Below are positions 58,971-64,000 of a stretch of DNA of 64,000 nucleotides, one piece after another. Each line of letters opens with the position of its first letter. Position 1 is the first letter of the stretch. The notes beneath the pieces were generated by a model. That model did no database searches. It was not told the DNA's origin and saw only the letters and a list, made by a program, of their open reading frames with translations. The position numbers were made by a program, and so were the translations under genes. The stretch comes from Cyanophora paradoxa CCMP329 (taxonomy: Eukaryota; Plantae; Glaucophyta): NCBI GenBank assembly GCA_004431415.1, contig QPMI01000254.1:33540-97539 (forward strand). Reading direction: 5' to 3'.

Positions 58971-61900
58971 TTATGCGGTGCGCCGGGGCGGCGGCGGCGG
59001 GCTCAGAAGAAGGAGCGGAGGAAGAGAGGGCCCGAGGCCTTCTCCGGGGAGGGCGAGCGCTCCTCGCCGTCGGGCCCGGCCCGGGAGCGCCGGAGGGCGG
59101 GGTTGAGCGTCGCGGCGACCTGCCGCAGCTGCCGCGCCACCTCGGGGGTCTCCAGGTAGGCGGCCGCCATGGCCTTGAGCTCCTCGAGCTTCTCGGGGCG
59201 CGACTCGTCGAGCGCGTCGGCGAGCTTCTCGTCGTGGATGGGCGGGTTGAAGCGGTGGTACGAGCTGGCCGGGAGCAGGTCGGAGAGCAGGTGGTGCGTG
59301 TACTCGGTGCCCGTGGCGCTGCTCCTGAGGACGCGGCCGATGCTGAGGAGGCCCGAGTGCTTGATGGGCCCCTCGGTCATGCCGATGCCGGTGCCGAGGG
59401 AGAGGAGGCACTCGACGGGCTGCGCGGGGCCCCAGATGGAGCGGGCCTCCTGGAGGGCGACCCCGGCGGGGTTGTTGGCGAGCATCGAGCCGTCCGAGAA
59501 GACCTCGCCGCCCAGCGCGAACTCGGGGAAGTAGGTCGGCGCCGCGCACGTCGCCCGCAGCGCCTCCCACAGCGCGTGCTCGCAGCTCCCGGGGTACCGG
59601 CTCGACCGCCCCTTCCCGTACGTGTAGTTCCGGAAGAGGTACATCGTCTGCGGCGCGCGGGGCGGGTCAGCGCGGGGCGGCGGGGGAAGAGAAGGTGGAT
59701 GGCGGGGGCCGGACCTGGGGCGTGCGGGTGAGGAGGGTGGAGATGGCGAAGGTCTTGCAGGCGCGGGCATCGTCGGCGGTGTTAATGAGCGGCTCGAAGC
59801 CGCCCTCGCGCTGCAGGATCTTCTCGAAGGCGCCGGCGTCGTAGTAGCCGCTCGTGGCCGCCATGCGCCCGGCGGAGACGACGGGGTGGGGCCCCGGGCT
59901 GAAGATCTGGCGGGCGAGCTCCATGTAGAGCTGGTCGATCTCCTCCATCGACCGGTTCTTGAGGCCGACGAGGTAGGCGATGATGCCGCCCGTGCTCGTC
60001 CCCGCCACCAGGTCGAACATCTCGTGGATGGGCAGCCCGCACAGGCGCTCCAGGTGCTTGAGGATCTGCACCGTCACGATCCCCCGCGTGCCCCCGCCGT
60101 CCAGCGCCAGGATGCGCAGCCCCGAGGCCCCGGGGAGCTTGCACGTCCGCTCTGCGCCGGCGTCACCAGGGCCCCGAGGGGAGGGCCGGGGGGCGGGGAG
60201 GCGGACCGTTGTCGCCCATCATGGCGAGGGCGCGGGAGGCCTTGGCCTTGGCGCGCATGGTGGCGTGCGTCTCGGGGACGCCGCGCGAGGCGCTGTCCCG
60301 CACGAACTTGAGCGCGTTGATCCCGCCCCGGTCCACGATCAGGTCCCGGATCGCCTCTGCCGCCGCCGTGTCGGCGCCGGGCGGGGCGGAGGAGACAGGG
60401 CGGTCGGGCGGGCGCACGGTTCTGGGAGAGGCGGCCGATGGCGCAGGCGGCCTGGGCCTGCACCTCAGGGCAGCCCGTGCTCCCGAGGCAGGCGAGCAGC
60501 ACGGGGATTCCGCCGTACCTGCCGGCCCCCGTCAGCGCCGGCCGGCCGGCGGGCGGGGAAGGGGCCGCGCGGGCGCACGCGACGATAGCCTCGCGGTGCT
60601 CGTCTGCGGGGCGGCGTCAGCGGCGGCAGAGAGGCGAGGAGGGGCGCGGCGGACCGCTCTCGGCGGCGAGGGAGGCGAGGGTGGAGGCGGCGACGCGCTT
60701 CGTGTGGTTGTCCGACTCGGGCGCCTGCGCCATCTTGATGGCCAGGTCCAGCGACTGGTAGAGCAGCGGCTCTGAGAAGGTCCCGAACATCGGCACCGGC
60801 AGCTGCTTGATCTTCTCCTCCATCTGCGGGAGGAAGGTAAGCGCGGAAAGGCGGGAAAAGGAAGGGGCGTGATCGCACGGCTTCGATGGCCTCCTTCTCG
60901 TGCTTGCGCAGCGCGTCCCGGGCCATGTCCACCTTGGACTTGAGGAGCTCGCGGACGCCCGCGCCGGGGATGGGCGTGTTCGAGATGGAAGTGTCGCGCC
61001 TCTCGGGGACGAGATTGGGCTCGTCCGTGCGCGGCACGGAGTTGTGCTCGTCGGCGGCCAGCGCTGCGCCTGCGGACGGCCCTGCGTCAGGCTATATACG
61101 TCGGCGCGGGTCGGGGGCAAGGCGCACTCATCTCCAGCGCAGACTCGTGCGACGACGTCGTCTCCAGCGGGATAGGTGGCGATCCGGTGATGAATGCGAG
61201 CGCGCGGGTCCTGTTCGCGGCGCGGCGGACGTCAGTAAGGCGTATGACGGGGCGCGGTAAGTGGCGCGTACATCATCGTCTCCCGGATCGCCTGGGCGGC
61301 ACGCGTCATCAGAGATTCTTTTCCGGACGCGTCCTTGTTGGTCGGGGCCTCGAAGACGGGCGTGGCGGACGCGGAGAGGGTCGAGGTCGGGAGTTCGAGC
61401 GTCGGCAAACTCGCCGGTTGTGACGATGTTGCTGTTGCGAGGCTAGCGAGCAACGCATCGCGCCGGGCAATCACGGCCGCCGCGAAGCGATGAATGGCGT
61501 CGTAGTTGTTGTCGGGCGGCGGGGAGGGAGAGGCGGACTTCTCCAGTACGGGCGCGGAGGGGACCGCGTCCTCCAAGGCCTGCTGCGGCCGCACGCGACG
61601 AAAGAGCGCGGAAGTTGCCAGATCTTCCACAGCGCGCTGAAAGGTGTTGAGGGACGTCTGGATGAAGGCCGAAAAGGTAGCAGTATTGCTGGGGCCGGGC
61701 GTCACGGCGGGCTCCATGAGCCGACGTCCTGGAGGCAGAGCAACTGCCTGCACGACCAGATTGAACGGCCGGCGGCGCCAAGCTTTCTCCGAGGCGCCTG
61801 CAATCCGAACACGCTGGCCAAAGAGGACACGCTCCCCGGGGATCAGGCTGCTGCTGCCGATCATTGATCTGGATGGGAGGATGTCATCCGCCTGTGAGGC

Positions 61901-62152
61901 GCCACGGGGACGCGCCCGCCGGGAAAGACGACGGGGCAGCCCGTTGATCAGCTCCTCCGCGGAGCTGGCAGCGGGGACCGCCAGGACGGCCGTAAAAGCT
62001 GCTGCCTCCTTCATGACTGAGCTCAATGCTGCTGTTGCCAACACCCCCGGCTCGCGTCCGAAGCGAGATCGAGAGCGATCCCTTCGGCCCTGCAAAGCTG
62101 AGTCATTGCGGGACAGGGGCGGGTCAAGGAGCGATACAAGGGCGCGGGGCAT
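58971..62152 (-). CDS. Patatin-like phospholipase (iPLA2-gamma/PNPLA8-like) with ARM-like helices before the catalytic domain
   Basis: LRILALDGGGTRG, FDLVAGTSTGG (GxSxG), YLFRNY, LWEALRATCAAPTYF, FSDGSMLANNP, LLSLGTG and YHRFNP. Start approximate. Confidence 0.92.
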
Positions 62153-62381
62153 CACCACGGACCTGTGCGCGCTCGCTCGGCGGCCTGGGCGCTGCGTGAA
62201 TTTGAGAGTTGCGCTGGTGGTGGTTGGTTGTGTTCCCCCCGGCTCCAACCCCCCTCAGCCCGCTTGATCCCCCCCGACTTCTCCCCCCCAAAGAAAGACC
62301 CCCTTTTATAAGCTGGCAAAATTGATCCGCGGTCCGCCTTTATAGTCGCCCTCGGCGCCGGCGCTTGCAATTGCGAACCCC

Positions 62382-62460
62382 ATGCCCAACCCTACGCTAA
62401 CCAGAGTCAACCCTAAAGCTAACCAGAGTCCTAGACACTGAAACGGAGATGCCTCCGCCT
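62382..62460 (+). repeat. 80-bp dispersed repeat, copy 2
   Basis: ATGCCCAACCCTACGCTAACCAGAGTCAACCCTAAAGCTAACCAGAGTCCTAGACACTGAAACGGAGATGCCTCCGCCT. Confidence 0.95.
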
Positions 62461-62630
62461 CGACCCAAGCAACCGACATTTGTTCTGTAGCAGCTATGAT
62501 CCGGAATGCGACGAGAACGCTCTTCCGTGCTGCTTCTGTCGGGCGGGCCGTGCGCGGCTGCCGCCGCAGCGGCGGGCTACGGAGGCGCTCCCGGGCCCCG
62601 CCGCCCGAAGCCCTGCGGCCGGCGAGCGAT

Positions 62631-62757
62631 CGAAAGTTGAGGTTTGACGGACGAAAGTTTGGACGAAAGTTGAGGTTTGACGGACGAAAGTTTGGATCCG
62701 GACGAAAGTTGAGGTTTGACGGACGAAAGTTTGGACGAAAGTTTTGACGGACGAAAG
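62631..62757 (+). repeat. Minisatellite of the same family as 5821-5994
   Basis: About 3.5 copies of TGAGGTTTGACGGACGAAAGTTTGGACGAAAGT. Confidence 0.95.
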
Positions 62758-64000
62758 CTAGACGGGCGGCACGGCGGCGCCGGCGTTGGCGGCGGGGCGG
62801 AGGGGCACGCCGGCGCCGCCGGCGGGGCCGGAGGCGGCGGCGGAGGGGTTCGCGGCGGAGTGCGGGGCGGCGGCGCTGGAGGGGGCGCGGGGGGCGGCGG
62901 GGGAGTCGGGGCCCGAGGCGGCCCGCATGGAGGAGGAGCGGCGGATGAGGGCGCGCGTGGAGCGCTCGACGTGGTTCGTCCTGCGCGCGGGGCCGTGAGG
63001 GGCGCGAGGGGGGCGGGGCGGGGCGGGGCGGGGCGCACAGGAGGTCGTCGAGGTGGGCGGCGTCGAGCTCCTTGAAGACGAGGTCGGAGCGCAGGAGCCA
63101 GCGCTTCATCAGCACGTCCACGTGCCGGTACCTGGCCCCGCCCGCCCCGTCGGCCACTCCCCTGGCGGGGCGGCGAGGCGGGGCGGGGCGCGACTGCGTC
63201 GCGGCACGCACCAGCCGACGCAGTCGCCGGTGCGGAGGCCATCGGCGTGGAAGGGCATCATGGAGGCGAGGGTGCGCGGGGAGAGGCTCCCGTCCTCGTC
63301 CGCCTCCGCCGACGCCGCCGCCGCCTCCTGCGCCGCCGCCACCATCGCCCCGGCCTCCAGCCGCGCCGCCGAGATCTCCTCCTTGCTCTTCGTCCGCCCG
63401 ATGGTGGCCAGGGTGCGGCCGTCGTCGTCGGCGGCGCCGGCGGGGTCGACGGTGACCTCGGGGGCCTCGGGGATGGCCGGCAGCTCGACGTCGGAGAGGT
63501 GCTGGTGCGTGATCGACTCGACGCCCTCCACCCGCACGTTGAGCTTCAGGCGCTTCAGGAGCGGCATCGTCGAGCCGCCCATCACCGCGATCGTGAGGAG
63601 CACGATCATGAGCGTCGTCGTGATGAGGGCCTGCTTGACGGGGCCCTCCGGCAGGTCCATGGCGACCCCGAAGGCGACGCCCCCGCGCAGCCCCGAGAAC
63701 CACACCATGAACTGCGCGCGGGGGTTGGCGGCGGCGCCGGCGCGGGGCGGGGCGGGGCGGGGCGGGGCGGGGCGGGCCTGCGTGCGCCAGTCGATCTTGG
63801 ACTTGCGGCCGAGGTTGGCGAGGAAGACGAGGGGGAAGACGTTGAGCGCCCGCCCGATGAGACACATGAGCTGCACGCGCAGGACTGTGGGCGGGGAGGC
63901 GGCGCAGGGCGCGGGGCGGGGGCGGGGCGGACGGTGGCGACGAAGACCATGCCGAAGTTGAAGTCGTAGGACATGGAGCCGACCGAGAGGCCCACGAACA
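62758..64000 (-). CDS. Na+/H+ exchanger (CPA1, NHE/NHX family), 3' part
   Basis: IGRALNVFPL, QFMVWFSGLRGGVAFGVA, TTTLMIVLLTIAVMGGSTMPLLKRL and VDVLMKRWL. Stop TAG at 62760-62758. Confidence 0.92.

Noticed and set aside
59480-59500. Patatin DGS instead of DGG as an inactive enzyme
   Set aside because: The catalytic Ser (GTSTG), the Asp and the Gly-rich loop are all retained.

Overview
A very GC-rich, gene-dense eukaryotic nuclear window. Genes are split by many short (~50-90 bp) introns with GTGCG/GTCCG and frequent GC donors, so most of the supplied ORF track is shadow ORFs or unspliced read-through. About 22 spliced protein genes can be reconstructed by eye: soluble adenylyl cyclase (ADCY10-like), an ATP-grasp ligase, beta-tubulin, two F-box proteins, SMYD methyltransferase, a phytochrome, SCCPDH-like oxidoreductase, a START-domain protein, 2OG-Fe(II) oxygenase, DIS3L2, an ARM protein, TMEM70/186-like, formiminotransferase-like, a C2/B-box/discoidin protein, patatin PNPLA8-like and the 3' end of an NHX/NHE exchanger. 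There are also two identical tRNA-Glu(CTC) genes and several dispersed repeats. Phytochrome type and intron style suggest an alga such as a glaucophyte (inference only). The most interesting signals are: (1) two convergent paralogous genes, each with two copies of an unnamed H-x4-C...CxxC module; (2) a phytochrome with a degenerate, truncated histidine-kinase module; (3) a GGAC-GAAA-GTT mini-hairpin array present twice, 57 kb apart; (4) an 80-bp telomere-like direct repeat bracketing the patatin gene; (5) a Bro-N-like/START fusion; (6) a tRNA-headed SINE-like element. Gene boundaries are manual splice reconstructions, and no database searches were run.
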